A DNA stretch of 64,000 bases from Heterodontus francisci. Taxonomy: Eukaryota. The position numbers and the translations under genes were made by a program. This document shows, one piece after another, positions 25,701 through 39,451 of this stretch (position 1 is the first letter of the stretch; every line of letters begins with the position of its first letter). A model generated the notes under the pieces. The model saw only the letters and a list, made by a program, of their open reading frames with translations. It was not told where the DNA came from and did no database searches. Location: assembly GCF_036365525.1 (NCBI RefSeq), contig NC_090376.1, positions 92,299,914-92,363,913 of the forward strand, written 5' to 3'.

Positions 25701-26174
25701 ACCTTTCAAATGCAGGATCCCTTTTCAAGAGATGCAAGTCTCCTTTACAGAGAGAGGTAACACTTTTCTGGGTCTTCCTCTCTTTCTTCCGCCAGGTCAG
25801 AGCAAAGATTTCAAATGCCTGCCCTTTGTCCAACTCACTGGCTTTTTGAAGGGTCCAAAGTGAAAAATCCTTCCTGAACATGGTCATTTGTCCAGACTCA
25901 GTGTCTTTTGTCATTCAACAAAAACCGCTCTGAGGAAGGCCAAACATCTTTGGTTTCCTTGAAATTGCCTACTTTCCTGTCCTTGTACAAGTTCAACTTC
26001 CTTTCAAAGCACCCATGAAGTTCAACTTTTGTTATGAACTTCCTTTCAAAACATTGCAGAAATTGCAACTATTTGCAGGTGTCCTAAATGTCCACTGAAC
26101 ATCCTTTTTTCAGTTTTTAAAACATTCAGAAGTCCGAGGTGTTAGTACAAAAATCAAACCTTTTGTGACAATAT

Positions 26175-26335
26175 GTAGAAACCTATCAATCGCAGTCTTG
26201 AACATACTCAATGACTGAGCCTCCACAACCCTCTGGGGTAGAGAATTCCAAAGATTCATCATCCTCTGAGTAAAGAAATTCCTCCCCATCTCAGTCCTAA
26301 ATTGCCTGCCCCTTATTCTGAGACTGTGTTTTGTC
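26175..26335 (-). mobile_element. CR1 3' ORF2 fragment
   Basis: HSLRIRGRQFRTEMGRNFFTQRMMNLWNSLPQ. Confidence 0.85.
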
Positions 26336-29300
26336 CTAAGGAAAGGAAAAAAAAAAGTACCATTTAGTACCACGTCTGCTGCAGAGTTGCCGGAAAACTG
26401 CCTGATAAATAACAGGTAACCACTTACGGGACTCCACTCTGGATTTTCTGTTGGGGTTTGCTCCCTCAGCTTCATTCTCTTTCAAGACACCCACACGGCA
26501 GTAAGGCTACTTACCCATAGTTGGGAGTCTAGGCATTCAGGAGTAAGTGAGTTTTTAATGATGCAATAAGTGATAATTACTGCTCAACAACCTCTCTGGC
26601 CCTGAAATATTAATTTTAGAAATGTGGAGTTTCATTTCCTCAAGAGAAAATTAATGTTGCAGATTTTTAAAAAATAATTATTTTCTTTTTTCTCTCTCTC
26701 TCTTAATCCCATCTGTATATCCCAATCTTTACTTTTCTTCCAGTACAGGATTTAGGTGTAATTTATAGGTCCTTTTTTTTTTCCTTCTTGATTTGCAGTC
26801 TGTGTGTCTTAGTGAGGATTGAAGAGCCTCACTGCAGTTTTTCCTGCTCACAGACACCACAGATTCCCTGTCGAGGACATCGCACTGAAATAGATGCAGA
26901 TTAGTAGGAATCTTTGCTGTCAAGCCTGTGAAAAGCCTGTGGCCAACTCTATGCGACGCAAATGACGAAAGCCATTCCTTTGCCACTGAGAAGAAAATCT
27001 GGACCTAAGCAGTAGATAGTGTGATACACCTGTCATTTTATGGAATAGCTTATGATCTATACCATAAGTAACGCCATGAATGATCTACCTATATATTTGT
27101 ATATGTATGTTTTTATGTATGTATATGTGTGTCTGAGTGTCCATGTGTGTCTGTATACAAACACAGCTTGAGTCACTCGGAGTTTAATTTCTGTTTGATC
27201 TAACACACAGTGGGGAATATTACCACCCCACCCCCAGTATGGAATAGTGCAAGTTAGGGTTAAGAAGGCAATGATATCTGTAACTGTAATTATTATAGCC
27301 ACAGTCTGATGTATTTAGTTGCACATTTGTAACATTATTGCACTGTAAATAAAAATATTTTCAATTGCTCTGCACTGAAGTAATCATGGCAAATAAATAG
27401 TTATTTAAATTGTTTTTTGAAATCAGGGATTTTGAATTCAACAATATTTTACTTTCCTTTTGTAGTTTAAGCTTCCATGAATGCTTCTATTGTGCAGTGA
27501 ATTAACTTTGTGAAGTTTGTCATATGATGTCTAGTGTAGCTGTTTGATCCTATTCACATTCTTTAGTCATTAGGTTTCTTCATTATTTTGTTTTTTTGAA
27601 GCATGCTTGAATATATATGCAAGAAACTCAGTAAGTGTTTTTGAAAATGCAGTAGCTTTGAGACCATTGGCTGTAGCTTTGTGCCACCTGCTAAAAATAT
27701 AGTGCGACATTGGAATACTGAAGTTATCCATCAGTTAATGGCTGCTCGGTCACCTTTGTTCTCAGTATATGAATTATGCCAGTTTCTGTAGTAGATTTTG
27801 TGCCAATCAGAACTACCCACAGATCATAGATATGGCTGATTATGTCTTACTATGAAATCTAGGTTATGGGGGTTGAAAGTAGGGCAGCAAAATCTCAAAT
27901 GCAAGCTAACTGTAGGGTTGGTAACCTTCTGTCCTTGCCCACAGGACTGGCCTGATTGGCCATAATACATTGGTGCTGCTCGATTCTGGTACTCTGTTCT
28001 ATATTGAAAAACAGCTGAACTTTAACTCTTGAAGATTTTGCTGCCAGATAGAGTTAATGGTGCACAAATTACTGTGGCAGGCCAACGATTGGTGGGCACT
28101 GTTAGACTTGCCCATGCCCATTTAATGTTGATGGTACTTTTCCCTATACGTTGATGAAAGTGGAAGGTGGAAATGGTGCCATGCCCACCCAGAGGGCATA
28201 TAGAATCTCAGTGACCAGGGAAAATAACTGTAACAGCACAAAGGCTGTGAAGGAAGTATAAACTAGAGTGGTAAATTCATGCCAAATCAGATACAGAGAG
28301 GGCAAGAAAATTGGATTGAGAGAAAGTGAAAAATAGTGCCAGAAAGAGAAAGTTAATAAAAGTAAATGAAATTTTAAACTATCCAACAACAGTTAAAACT
28401 AGAAAGAATGGGATTCCATACTTGTTCATTTTCAGTGCCAAAGAGATTGACTTGGCAGTAACTAAAATTTATCATGTCATTAACAGGGTACTTAAACTTG
28501 AAATGACATTGCAACTTTCTATGGTGAGTTTAGGTCGTATCTATTGTACAAATACAGGAACTGGGCTGCTCAATGCATTTCACTGGGTAGGCAGATGGGA
28601 GATGCCGTATGCACAAAGCTAATGGCATAGCAGCACATCTCCAACAGTAACTTTACAATTTCCACATTTAATTGCACATCTGCCCTTGCCTGAAGTTGCA
28701 GTGGAATTTGTACTTAAATATCTGCAATTCGTGGGCCATATATGCAGTAGCAGCTGGGTTTATGTTTAGGTCTAAAGAATCCCACTCTCCTGAATTTTTC
28801 ACTGATGACTAGCCACCCTACCTCTTTCTGCTCTATCTGGCTTCTGGTCTTCCACTCTCCAATTGTTTTCTTTTCATGCACACCATATGTGCGTCGTTGG
28901 CAAGACCAGCATTTATTGTCCATCTCAAATTGTCCTAACTGAATGGCTTGCTAGGCCATTTCAGAGGGTAGTTGAAGATCAATCACATTGTGTTTGTCTG
29001 TGGCAATACTAACAAGCTAAACAGCTAACATGCTTAAAATAAAATTTCACAGTAACTGGGACAATTCCCCTAAGACTTGTAAATTTTATTTTAATGTTCT
29101 TCCTGTCTGTATAAATCAGATATAGAGCAAACGTAATTTCATCCTTTCTTGCGAGAGACAAGCAGACAGAGTGAATATGACCTTTTGCTAAGATTGCAGG
29201 CTGGCTGGTGCTGCACGCTGCAAATGACTGTGGATGCTGCATGCCAACTCTGCCGTGCACCGGAACCGAAAAGAATTCTACTCCCTCAGTGTTCAGCTGC

Positions 29301-29454
29301 TGTGTGATCATAGGCAGCACATCATGCAGGCCAATGTCCAGTATCCTAGCAGCGTTCACAATGTCTTCATCCTATGGCAATCCCCTGTGTATTTCAGCCA
29401 CCATGGCAACTAAAGAGTGAATACTTGACAACAAGGGCTATCCGCTCACAACAT

Positions 29455-29900
29455 AAAGGAAAAAAAAAGACTTGCATTTATATAGCACCTTTCACGGCTG
29501 CAGGATGTCCCACAACATATTACAGCCAATGAAGTACTTTTTGAAGTTTAGTCATTGTTGTAATGCAGGAACACAGCAGCCAATTTGTGCACAGTAAACT
29601 CTCATAAACAGCAATGTGATAATGACCAGTTAACTTTTTTTAATGATGTTGATTGAGGAGTAAATATTGGTTAGGACACCAGGAATAACTCCATTACTGT
29701 TCTTCCAAATAATGCCATGGGATCTTTTTCCATCCACCTTAGAGGGCAGGCAGGGCCTCAGTTTAAAGTCTCATCTGAAAGACAGCATCTCCTCAGTACT
29801 GCACTGGAGTGTCACCCTTGATTTTTGTGCTGAAGTCCTGGAGTGGAACCCATAACCTTCTGACTCAGAGATGAGAGTGGCACAAACTGAGCCATGCTGA
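29455..29900 (-). mobile_element. SacSINE1-like DeuSINE
   Basis: Minus strand has a tRNA-like head (tggctcagt...ctgagtcagaaggtt), a Deu-like core (tttcagatgagac..taaac.gaggccc; aagatcccatggca) and an L2-type tail gtgaaaggtgctatataaatgcaagtc. Confidence 0.8.
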
Positions 29901-30147
29901 TGCATTAGTTGTGTTCACAAACCACGCACATGTGGGCAGTATCTATACAATTACAGCTGTGCTGTTACGAGAAATTTGATAGAGCAGACCATTAGTGTTC
30001 TGAAGCAATGCTTCTGCTGTCTGGAATAGCCCTACAGTACGCAGCTGACCAGGTCTCAAGGTTCGTGGTGGTATGCTGCATGCTGCACAACTTTGCCATC
30101 ATAAGACGATATCCCTTGCCACAAGGAGCTGAAGAGCAGGAGAATGA

Positions 30148-31122
30148 GAATGTCCTAGGCCCAACCATCTTCAGCTGCTTCATCAATGACCGTCCCTCCA
30201 TCATAAGATCAGAAGTGGAGATGTTCACTGATGATTGTACAATGTTCAGCACCATTCACGGCTCCTCAGATAATGAAGCAGCCCGTGTCCAGATGCAGCA
30301 AGACCTGGACAACATCCAGGCTTGGGCTGATAAGTGGCAAGTATCATTCATGCTACACAAGTGCCAGGCAATGATCATCTCAAACAAAAGACAATCTAAG
30401 CAGCTCCCCTTAATGTTCAATGGCATTACCATTGCTGAATCCCCACTATCAACATCCTGGGGGTTACCATTGATCAGAAGCTGAACTTGACCAGCAACAT
30501 AAATGCTGTGGCTCCAAGAGCAGGTCAGAGGCTGGGAATTTTGCAGTGAGTAACTCACTTCCTGTCTCCCCAATGCCTGTCCACCATCTACAAGGCACAA
30601 GTCAGAGTGTGATGGAATACTCTCCACTTGCCTGGATGGGTGCAGCTCCAACAATACTCAGGAAGCTCGACACCACCCAGGACAAAGCAGCCCGCTTGAT
30701 TGGCACCCCATGCGCCACCTTCAACATTCATTCCCTCCACCACAGATGCACAGAGGCAGCAGTATGTACCATCTACAAGATACACTGCAGCAGCTCACCC
30801 AGGTTGTTTCGACAGTATCTTCCAAATCTGCAAACTCTACCACCTAGAAGGACAAGGGCAGCAGATGCATAGGAACACCACCACCTGCAAGTTCCCCTCC
30901 GAGCCACACACCATCCTGACTTGGAACTATATTGCCATTCCTTCACTGTCACTGGGTCAAAATCCTGGAACTTCCTAACAGCACTTTGGGTGTACCTACA
31001 CCATATAGACTGCAACAGTTCAAGAAGGCAGCTCACCACTGCCTTCTCAAGGGCAATTAGGGATGAGCAATAAATGCTGGCATAGCCAGCAACACCCACA
31101 TCCTATGAACGAATTTTAAAAA
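30148..31122 (+). mobile_element. 5'-truncated family B LINE
   Basis: VLGPTIFSCFIND..MFTDDCTMF through to an AATAAA and A-rich tail. Confidence 0.88.
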
Positions 31123-32480
31123 AGCAAGAGGAAGGGAGGCTGCAACCTAGCGAACTGCTTTATCCCCGGGCTGTATGTGAAGAACTTATTTGAAGGCGTA
31201 AACAGTAACTGCAGCTCCAATTTCCCCTTCACCAACAGTCCCACATTAGTTACCTTTCTTCTGTCACTGACCATCACGTCCTCTTGGCCACGATGCAAAA
31301 ATAAAAGCCACCACAAAATAAACATTTCAAACCAAATTTAAAAATGAAAATCATGCCATATTGCATACAAAGGTAAACTAATCATCCTTGTGCATTCCTT
31401 AAATGTCTGTCTTTCATGTGGCTTTGCCTGTCCTGGTGCTCCAATGCAGAGCTACTTCAGTGGCTGCTGCATGGCCGTGGAAGGCCACTGACTTTCAGTG
31501 GAAGAGACTGAGATGGGCTTGATAGATGACTTTGAGCAGCTCAGTGAGCCTAGAAGGCCTGACTTCGGACTGCACCATTTGGCATGGGCAGCGGCAGTCT
31601 GGGTTTGCTGGTTGATGGGCAACAGCAAGAACATTGGTGGAGTGGCAAGAGTGGGAGGCCGCACGTTGTCTTCCTGAGGGAAGGCAGTAGGCTCCTGCTC
31701 CATGGTCACTCCTTGGGATGGTACCTCAGCAATCATAGTAATCTGTTGGACAACTAATTGATTGTGTGGTGTGACCTCCTGCAAGCCTTTTTGAACACTG
31801 ATAGCCACAGCCATGATGGCAGTGGTCTGAGATTGCATGGAAGAAAACTGACCTTGCATGACTTCAGTCTGAGTGAGTTTCCACAGCTTTGGTGAAAGCT
31901 ACTTATGCTGTATTGGAAGCTGAGTTATCAGCCATCAGACACTGCATCTTGGTTGGGTCCACACGTGTGCTAATGAAGTTGACCACTACTTCCCTGCTGG
32001 ACAGGATGGATTCCAAGATCTGTGCAGAGCCCTGAGCCAAATTCAGACTGCACTCCTGCACTGACCGCAGGCTTTCTGGCAGTCACTGAGCTTTTAGTTG
32101 TGTACACCCATCAGCTGCCTTCTGTAGCCAGCCCCATCGAAATACTCACCTGACTCCTATGCAGCAGAACGTTTGTGCTACCTCGCCCTTTGGTGAGCTG
32201 GCACCTGCGCTATCCTTGCCCCCTTCCCTTTCTGCAATGCACTTGTGCTTTGTGTCTCTCCATGTGCAGCTCCATCCTGTAATCTGCGAGTGAGAAATAA
32301 AGTGACAGGTGTCTTCATCATCACTCTCTTGTTGGTAGTTCTCCACTGCCTGGCCAGGTTCCATTTCTTGGGTATCTGAAAAGCAGGGAAGAGGTGAATG
32401 CTTACACCATCTGCGGCTTGCAAGTCAGAAGAGCTGTGGGATGTGAGAAAGGGGATTAGCTATGGGGATACCATCACCTT

Positions 32481-32933
32481 GAAAGCAACATTTATATAGC
32501 AAATTTCATAACTACTGGACATGCCAAAGCACTTTACAGCCAATGAAGTACTTTTTGAAGTGTAGTCAGTGTTATAATGCAGGAAATATGGCAGCGAATT
32601 TGTGCACAGTAGCCTCCCACAAAGAGCGATGTGATAATGACCAGATAATTTCTGTTTAGTGATGTTGATTGAGGAATAACTATTGGCCAGGACACCAGGA
32701 ATAACTCCCTTACTGTTCTTCCAAATAATGCCATGGGATCTTTTTCCACCAGAGAGGGCAGACAGGGCCTCAGTTTAACGTCTCATCTGAAAAACGGCAC
32801 CTTGACAGGTCAGGAATTCCTCGGCATTTCATTGGAGTGTCAGCTTTGATTTTTGTGCTCAAGTCTTGGAATGCGGGTTAAAACCCACAACCTTCTGACT
32901 TAGAGAGTGCTACGACTTGAGCCATGGCTGACA
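32481..32933 (-). mobile_element. SacSINE1-like DeuSINE
   Basis: Colinear with 29455-29900. Confidence 0.8.
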
Positions 32934-33829
32934 CCTTGGATGATTTCAGCTCTACCATTGGCCACGGCATCAGCAATGGCCCTTCCAATAATGGGAAGCC
33001 CCGCCTCCTCCGCAGGGGATAAAGGATGCTGTTGCACTTTTTCCCTTCTAGTTATTTCCTGTTGCCTTTGGTTATATGGCACCTTCTACAAGAGAGGGAA
33101 GTGTGTCAGTGAGAGCAATATGCTTAGGATGTAGTTGTCATGGTTGAATAGCTGACAGATATGGGTTTGAGGCTTGTAACAGCTCTAAGTTTGTGTGGTG
33201 AGGTGAAGCATGTATTGTTAGGTCTGAGTTCTGATTGATGGAAATTGTTAGTAGGTGAGTGTGGTGTTTTAAGCAGTACCTGAGGCTAATCGTGCAGTTG
33301 GTAGGATATGGCATTTGAAGATCCATTCACTGACCTCGACCACTGTGTGGTCGTTAAACATCTTGAAGCATTGAAGCCAGGTCTTCGGGGCTTAACTCCT
33401 GACATTGCCCTCCATGGCTGTCTGTTTTCACTACCTTTTGGCTGTGTGTCTGGGGATCCTTCTGGCCCAGTGTCGATACAGGACATCTCTGCTCCTTTCC
33501 AACTCCTCTCGTGCAGCGTCAAAGAACCTGTGTGCCCATGCTGTCCCATGTTCAACCATTCTTCTGTCTTTCCCAGTTCACATAGGACGCCTAGCACCCG
33601 CTACAGCCACAATGCTTGAAGAGATGCATTCTAGCTTAATGTAGTGTTAACAAGAGTTGTTTTATGGCCACCTGCAGGTGTCTGCAGCCAGTCAACAGTG
33701 CATTTAGTGCTGACTCCATGAGCTATTATTTAAATGAGTGGTAAATGTAAAGAAGCACTGCTTCCTGCATTACATCTGATGGACATGAGTGAATTGCGCA
33801 TCATTATCACCGTGCTCATTTTTGACGTC

Positions 33830-36060
33830 CATCCTTATGCTCTCCTATCCTGGTCATTATCCATGGTGTGGCTACCATCTTTGCTACCTCGAGTCCACGG
33901 GTCACACATTTTAACATATCTGCACACAACTGGCTTAGCCATTCATTGTCAGATCTGGCTTGATTACCTCAAGTACTTTTGGGTCCTGCTCTGCACTGCC
34001 AAAACTGCTCACTATTCCAGGATCTTCCTGGAATGTAAAGATAACGCCCAGCATCTTTTATCCACCACCTTAAACTTCTCTCTCCTGCTTCTGCCATCCA
34101 TGCCTCCAACAAGAGTTCTTGGTCACTAAAATTGAGGCCATCTGTTCATCTAACTCTGCCATATCCCTCCCTCTTCTTTGCTGACCTAGCCCTGAACTCA
34201 CATCTTTCTTTAGTTTCTCTTTTTTTTTCCCCTTATGCCCTTGCCAAGTTCATCTTGTTCACGAGATCCATCACTTGCTCTTTTTACCCTGTTCCCACTA
34301 TAGTGTTGACCACCTAACTGCCCTCCTGGCCCCCATGTTAAATGTAAATGGTTTTCTCGCCTCAGGTACTGCCACCTCACTTTCAAAACTGCTCTCATCA
34401 GGTCCTCCTGAAAATCCCCACCCTTGACTCCTCTGTCCATACAAACTAGCACCCCATCTCCAACGTCCTGTTCACTCCAAAGTCCATAAACACGTTGCTT
34501 CCCAAATCCGTGCGCATCTTTCCTGAAGCATCATGTTTGAAGCTCTCCAACCAGGTTTCTGCCCTTGCCACTGCACCGAAATGGCCTACTCAAAAGTCAC
34601 AAATAATGTACTACGTGGCTGTGATCTTTTACTATCCCTTCTTGTCCTTCTCAACTGCTTGGCAGCCTTTGGCTTGATCGACTCCAGCTCCTGCACTGCC
34701 TCTGCTCTGTTGTCCAGCTAAGTGAGACTTGCTCTGTTACCTACCCGATCCTAGAAAGACTTGCATTAATATGGCACTTTTCACAACCAGTGGATGTTTC
34801 ACTGCTTTACAGCGGGTGAAGTACTTCTGAAGTGGTTACTGTTGTCATAGCAAACAATTTGTGCACAGCAAGCTCCCACAAACACCGTGATAATGACCAG
34901 ATAATCTGTTTTTTGTGATGTTGATTGAGGGATAAATATTGGCCAGCTCATTGCAGATAACTCCCCTGCTCTTCTTCAGAATAGTGTCTTGTGATCTTTT
35001 ACATCCACCTGTGAGAGCAGGCGGGGCCTCAGTTTAACGTCTCATCTGAAAGTCGGCACCACCAACAGTGTAGCACTCCCTCAGTTCTGCACTAGTGTGT
35101 CAGCCTTCATTTTTTTGTACTCAAGTCATGGAGTGGGACTTGAATACGGAATCTTATGACTCAGAAGCGAGAGTGCTACTAACTGAGCCACAGATGACTC
35201 GGTAGCCAGATAATTTCCTGTAACAGCTTATCTTCCTGCTCCCATTTACCATTGGAGCTCCAGGATCTACCTTGGCCCCCTTATATTCTTGATCTACATG
35301 CTGCCCCTCAGTGACATCATCTAACTGAAGACATGGGATCAGGTGCCACATGTATACCTCTTCACCACTTCTCTTCACCCATCCACTGCCTCTCTGTTGT
35401 CAGCCTGCTTGTCCAACAGAGTTTCAATTTCCCCAATTAAAGATTGGGAAAAACAAAGTATATTCAAGGCTGGAATAAATAGATTTTTGATCTCTCAGTG
35501 GATATTGGGAGTGGGCGGGAGTGTGGAGTTTAGGCAGAAAATCAGCCATGATCGTATTGAATGAAGGAGCGGGTTCAAGGGGCCAACTGATGTATTCCTG
35601 CTTCTATTTTGTATGTTCTGTTCAAAGCCATTGTTTCACCCCGCCCCCACCGAAAACTGTTCGCTTTCCCTGGCCACATTCATGAAGCAGACTGTTCACA
35701 ACCTCAGCCACTTATTTGACCCCAAACAGACCTGTTGAGCCTGTATCTTCTCCATCACAAAGTCTGCTAACTTCCACCTCTGGAACATCAACCGTCTCTG
35801 CCCTATCTCAGCCCACCTGTTGCTGAAATCCTCATCCATTCTTTTGCTACCGCAAGATTCAACCATGCAGTCCCATCCATCTGGATGATGGTGGAGAGGC
35901 ATTGGAGGAGGATGGCCTGATCAACTATCTCAAAAGATAGGTCGAGAAAGGTGAGGAGGAATAGTTTGCCTTCGTCACAGTTAAATAGGATGTCATTTGT
36001 GATTTTTATGAGAACCCTGATTGGAGGGATTCAGACATGGAGTTCTGGGAAAGATGGGCA
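33830..36060 (+). mobile_element. Highly decayed L2-like LINE pieces, interrupted by a SINE (34753-35198) and a CR1 tail (~35450-35620)
   Basis: Pyrimidine-rich RT-like remnants (HCTEMAYSKVTNN at ~34570; GAPGSTLAP at ~35253); 35880-36060 is an inverted L2 piece. Confidence 0.6.
34753..35198 (-). mobile_element. SacSINE1-like DeuSINE
   Basis: Colinear with the other two copies. Confidence 0.8.
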
Positions 36061-36508
36061 CGAAATAAAAGCAAAGAACTGCCACAAAGATTAAAATTCC
36101 ATTTTAAATGAACTATAGCTTGAAGTACTTCACAGTATACTATCTTGTAATGGTATAAACAGATGGGTATGTTAGTAGTGGAGCTTTCTTTATTAATTTA
36201 CCAGAACTGTAGCAGTGGATGCACAGGTCTCTTCAGTGGGTGCACTTTTCACAAATTTGATATTGCGCAAAGTTATCAGAAAATTGTTTGCTAAATCACC
36301 AGTCCTTGACATTTAATCCATGTTTAACTCCCTCAATTTATTTCCTAATAGCCTGCTGGAAGGTAGGTAGGGCAAGGGTGCAGAATTAGGGTGTGTAAAG
36401 TGTGTAGAAATGTGAAAGAACAATTTTTATTCTAAAGAGGGTTTCTTTTGTGATGGAGAATGTTGTATTTTATTAAGTTGGGAAAGAGGAACCTGTAAGT
36501 ATCTATAT

Positions 36509-37708
36509 TGTTACGACCGAGGAAGGAGGAGTGCACTGTCTTCTGGTTCGACTTCTCCACAGGTCACAACATCTGTTTAAATGTTTACCCAGTTACCCAT
36601 ACAGCCAATCATATACTTTATTTTTTTATCCCAGAATAAAATACACAAACCAGGTTTCTTTTTAATAAACAACAAAATTATCAGTTTACTATAAAACAAG
36701 ACTTAACCAGTAACAAAACAAAACATTAACACACCGAGTAAAATATATGAAAGTTCCCTTTTTTAAAAATTCCCCAATCACACTCACACGCACACTGGAA
36801 ACAAAATACCGAAATTCACTCTGCAGAGGTCTGTTACAAAAAGAGACAAAAAAACTACTTTGGCCAAATACTTGCTAATTTCCTCCCACAGCCAAAGACT
36901 TGCAGGTTGATAGGTAAATTGGCCATTGTAAATTGCCCCTAGTGTAGGTAGGTGGTAGGAGAATGGTGGGGATGTGGTAGTGAATATGGGATTAATGTAG
37001 GATTAGTATAAATGGGTGGTTGTTGGTCGGCACAGACTCGCTGGGCCATAGGGCCTGTTTCAGTGCTGTATCTCTCTATGACTCTAAGATATGGAAGAAA
37101 GTCACTTGTCCCTTTTTTGGTCTGGCATCCGGACATACAGAGTTGGGTCACTGGGATCGTTTCAGAAGTAGTCCGTTCTGGAGATGTTACGAATTATTCT
37201 AGTAGGCTTTCTAGGAGAAATGTGGCATCAAAGTTTTTCCGCCAGCACACACTTGAATCACAGGATTTTTTTTCAGCTCCTCAGGAGCTATATGGCACCA
37301 GGGATTTTTTTGTTCCCCACCACTGGATCTTGGCAGGATTTCTTCAGAAAGGTAGAGAAGGTGGTGAGCTGGGTGATTTGTTTTTCCCTGGCAAGGAAAC
37401 ACCAACTGCCTTCAGACAGTTCACACTCCAACTAAAACTGAAATCAATATTCAAACCCCAAACAGTGATCTGACCTACTGACCTCCACAAACCTTGATAT
37501 GTGGCTTCTCTGTAACCATTTTTCCCCAGGTCACCAAGGGTTCTTTTGTTTACTGAGCCTAACCCGCAAGTGGTTTTCAGCACAGGTGGGCCTCGACAAC
37601 ATCTTGTCCTGTCGGTGAACCGGTGAAAAAAAAAATCCATGGAATCTTTTCAGTTTTAACACAAGTTCCTAAAAAAAATTTAAGAAAAATGGAAACATTT
37701 TCATAACA
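36509..37708 (-). mobile_element. Solo LTR related to the 20161-23020 LTRs, carrying a SINE insertion
   Basis: TGTTA...TAACA termini; its minus-strand 3' end (gtgacctgtggagaagt...gtgca...ggtcgtaaca) matches 22961-23020. No clean TSD. Confidence 0.78.
36879..37088 (+). mobile_element. 5'-truncated HE1/V-SINE
   Basis: Colinear with the 3' half of 55060-55398. Confidence 0.88.
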
Positions 37709-38087
37709 ATGGTGAATATTATCTAAACCAGGATTTTCTTCATTTAAACTTGTATAAATAGTAGGCTGCATCATCTAACCACATGATGCTACGATTCTTC
37801 ACCCCAACATTTGGAGCTAACACAAACTTATGTAGTGCAATGTACATCATGATTTAAAGGTATGTACTGGCTTGAGCTTGCCTCCTTAGTTGATAAATGA
37901 TGCACATATACCCACATTTTAGCTGTGTACACTGCCCATTCCAGTTTTGTAAGAAACTCAAAACACTATTTCACCCATGCAAGTATATTACAATGCATGC
38001 AGTGAGGCGTTGAATTTTGAATGTGTAATTTCTTTATTACATGCTAGTAATATAATTTCCCTGATGCAAAAGAGATGACATCCATTC

Positions 38088-38540
38088 GTAGAAGTTGACA
38101 GCACAGGAGGAGGCCATTCGCCCCATCATGTTTGTGCCAATTCTTTGCTAGAGCAATCTGAAACTAATCCCACTGCCCTGATCTGTCCTCATAGTACTGT
38201 GTCTTGCTCTGCTACAATTATTTATCTAGTTTTTCCTTAAAATGTATAACTGTGCTGCTTCAACTACTTCCTGTGACAAAGCATGTTCCAACAATCTTCC
38301 ATGGAAAGAAATTGATCCTAACCTGTTTCTTCAGTCTTATTGTTCATTTTCAATTAATGGCCCCTAATTTTAAAAATCTCCATTTAGCTTTCTCTGCTGT
38401 AGTAAAAATCGCCCTAGTACCCTCAAATCTCTTGTCATAGTTTCCTATCCCTGCTATCACCCTGATGAAATCATTTTGTACACACTCTGGCTTTAATGCC
38501 CTTTCTATAATGGAGCATTTGAAATTGCAGACTATGCATG
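38088..38540 (-). mobile_element. Old CR1 3' fragment
   Basis: acagcacaggaggaggccattcg tail followed by a degenerate ORF2 3' end. Confidence 0.6.
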
Positions 38541-39349
38541 CCATTATCTATAAACTTTGATGACTTGTTTATTCATCCTCTATGCCTCTATTTATATATA
38601 AAAAAAACTGTTGGTCTTTTTAATGGATTTATCTACTTGTACTTGCAGAGCATTATGCATTTGTTCCATTCAATCTGTTTCAATTGCTTTGGCAGATTTA
38701 GTATAACAGAAGCATTAACATCCCAAGCAGCCTTAGAAGGAGATTTAATCATTTTCTGTATCAGGTCTTGATTTTTTTTTTGAAAGTCTCAGTATAAACC
38801 CATTGTACAGCCAATTTTGAGTTATTGTTGCTTGGACAAATTCTGTTAAATTTTCATTTATATTTAAATGAAGGCTTCGTTACATTGAAGGGAAAATATA
38901 TTGGATATATTATATTAACATTTCCTGATGGGACAATCCTCATGAATAAATTTTTATTTTCATACCATTAATCAATATGAAAATATGGTTCATTTAAGAA
39001 ATAATGTTTGAAGCATTGCTGAGTTAATCAAAATAGAAATTAATTTTTCAGTGCATGCATTGGTAAGCAATTTTTTTAAGAGACTACATACTGCAAGAAA
39101 ATAAGTACCCTTCAATGAATTAGTAATATTCACTTCAGTACAAGTTTATCTATGAATTTTGGTAGCTTGAAATTAATTGGTTTTAATATATTTTCCAATA
39201 CTGATGTTTTGTTTTTAATCATTGCTCATCTTGTAAAGAAATTAGAATCAGCTCTCTCCACAGCTAAATATTGCCAAATAAGCAAGTGAAAGGGAATAAA
39301 CCATTGCAATGTTCCTAGTCAGTTGTTACCAAAGAGTTTTTTTTTTAAG

Positions 39350-39451
39350 GATGGAAAGAAAAAATTTGATAAAGAAAGTGAGAAATACTACTCTATATTG
39401 GAGAAGCATTTGAATCTGTCATCAAGGAAAAAAGAAGCACATCTACAAGAG
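39350..39451 (+). CDS. ARHGAP42: Internal coding exon (102 nt, phase 0/0) of Rho GTPase-activating protein 42 (GRAF3), BAR domain
   Basis: T-tract plus AG acceptor ending 39349; GTAAG donor at 39452. Translates to DGKKKFDKESEKYYSILEKHLNLSSRKKEAHLQE, nearly identical to human ARHGAP42 as I recall it and closer to it than to ARHGAP26, ARHGAP10 or OPHN1. Confidence 0.92.

Larger units (their letters stand above)
29130..33800. mobile_element. Second decayed PIF/Harbinger transposon (transposase +, ~29170-30145; Myb-like gene -, ~31400-33600), interrupted by two SINEs and a LINE
   Basis: NRKEFYSLSVQLLCDH..QYPSSVHNVFIL, DNKGYPL, IEQTI, VCCMLHNFAI on +; TWLQCFKMFND on - at ~33345-33385. Boundaries approximate. 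Confidence 0.75.

Noticed and set aside
27088-27160. TA/TG-rich repeat
   Set aside because: A short degenerate microsatellite with no further structure.
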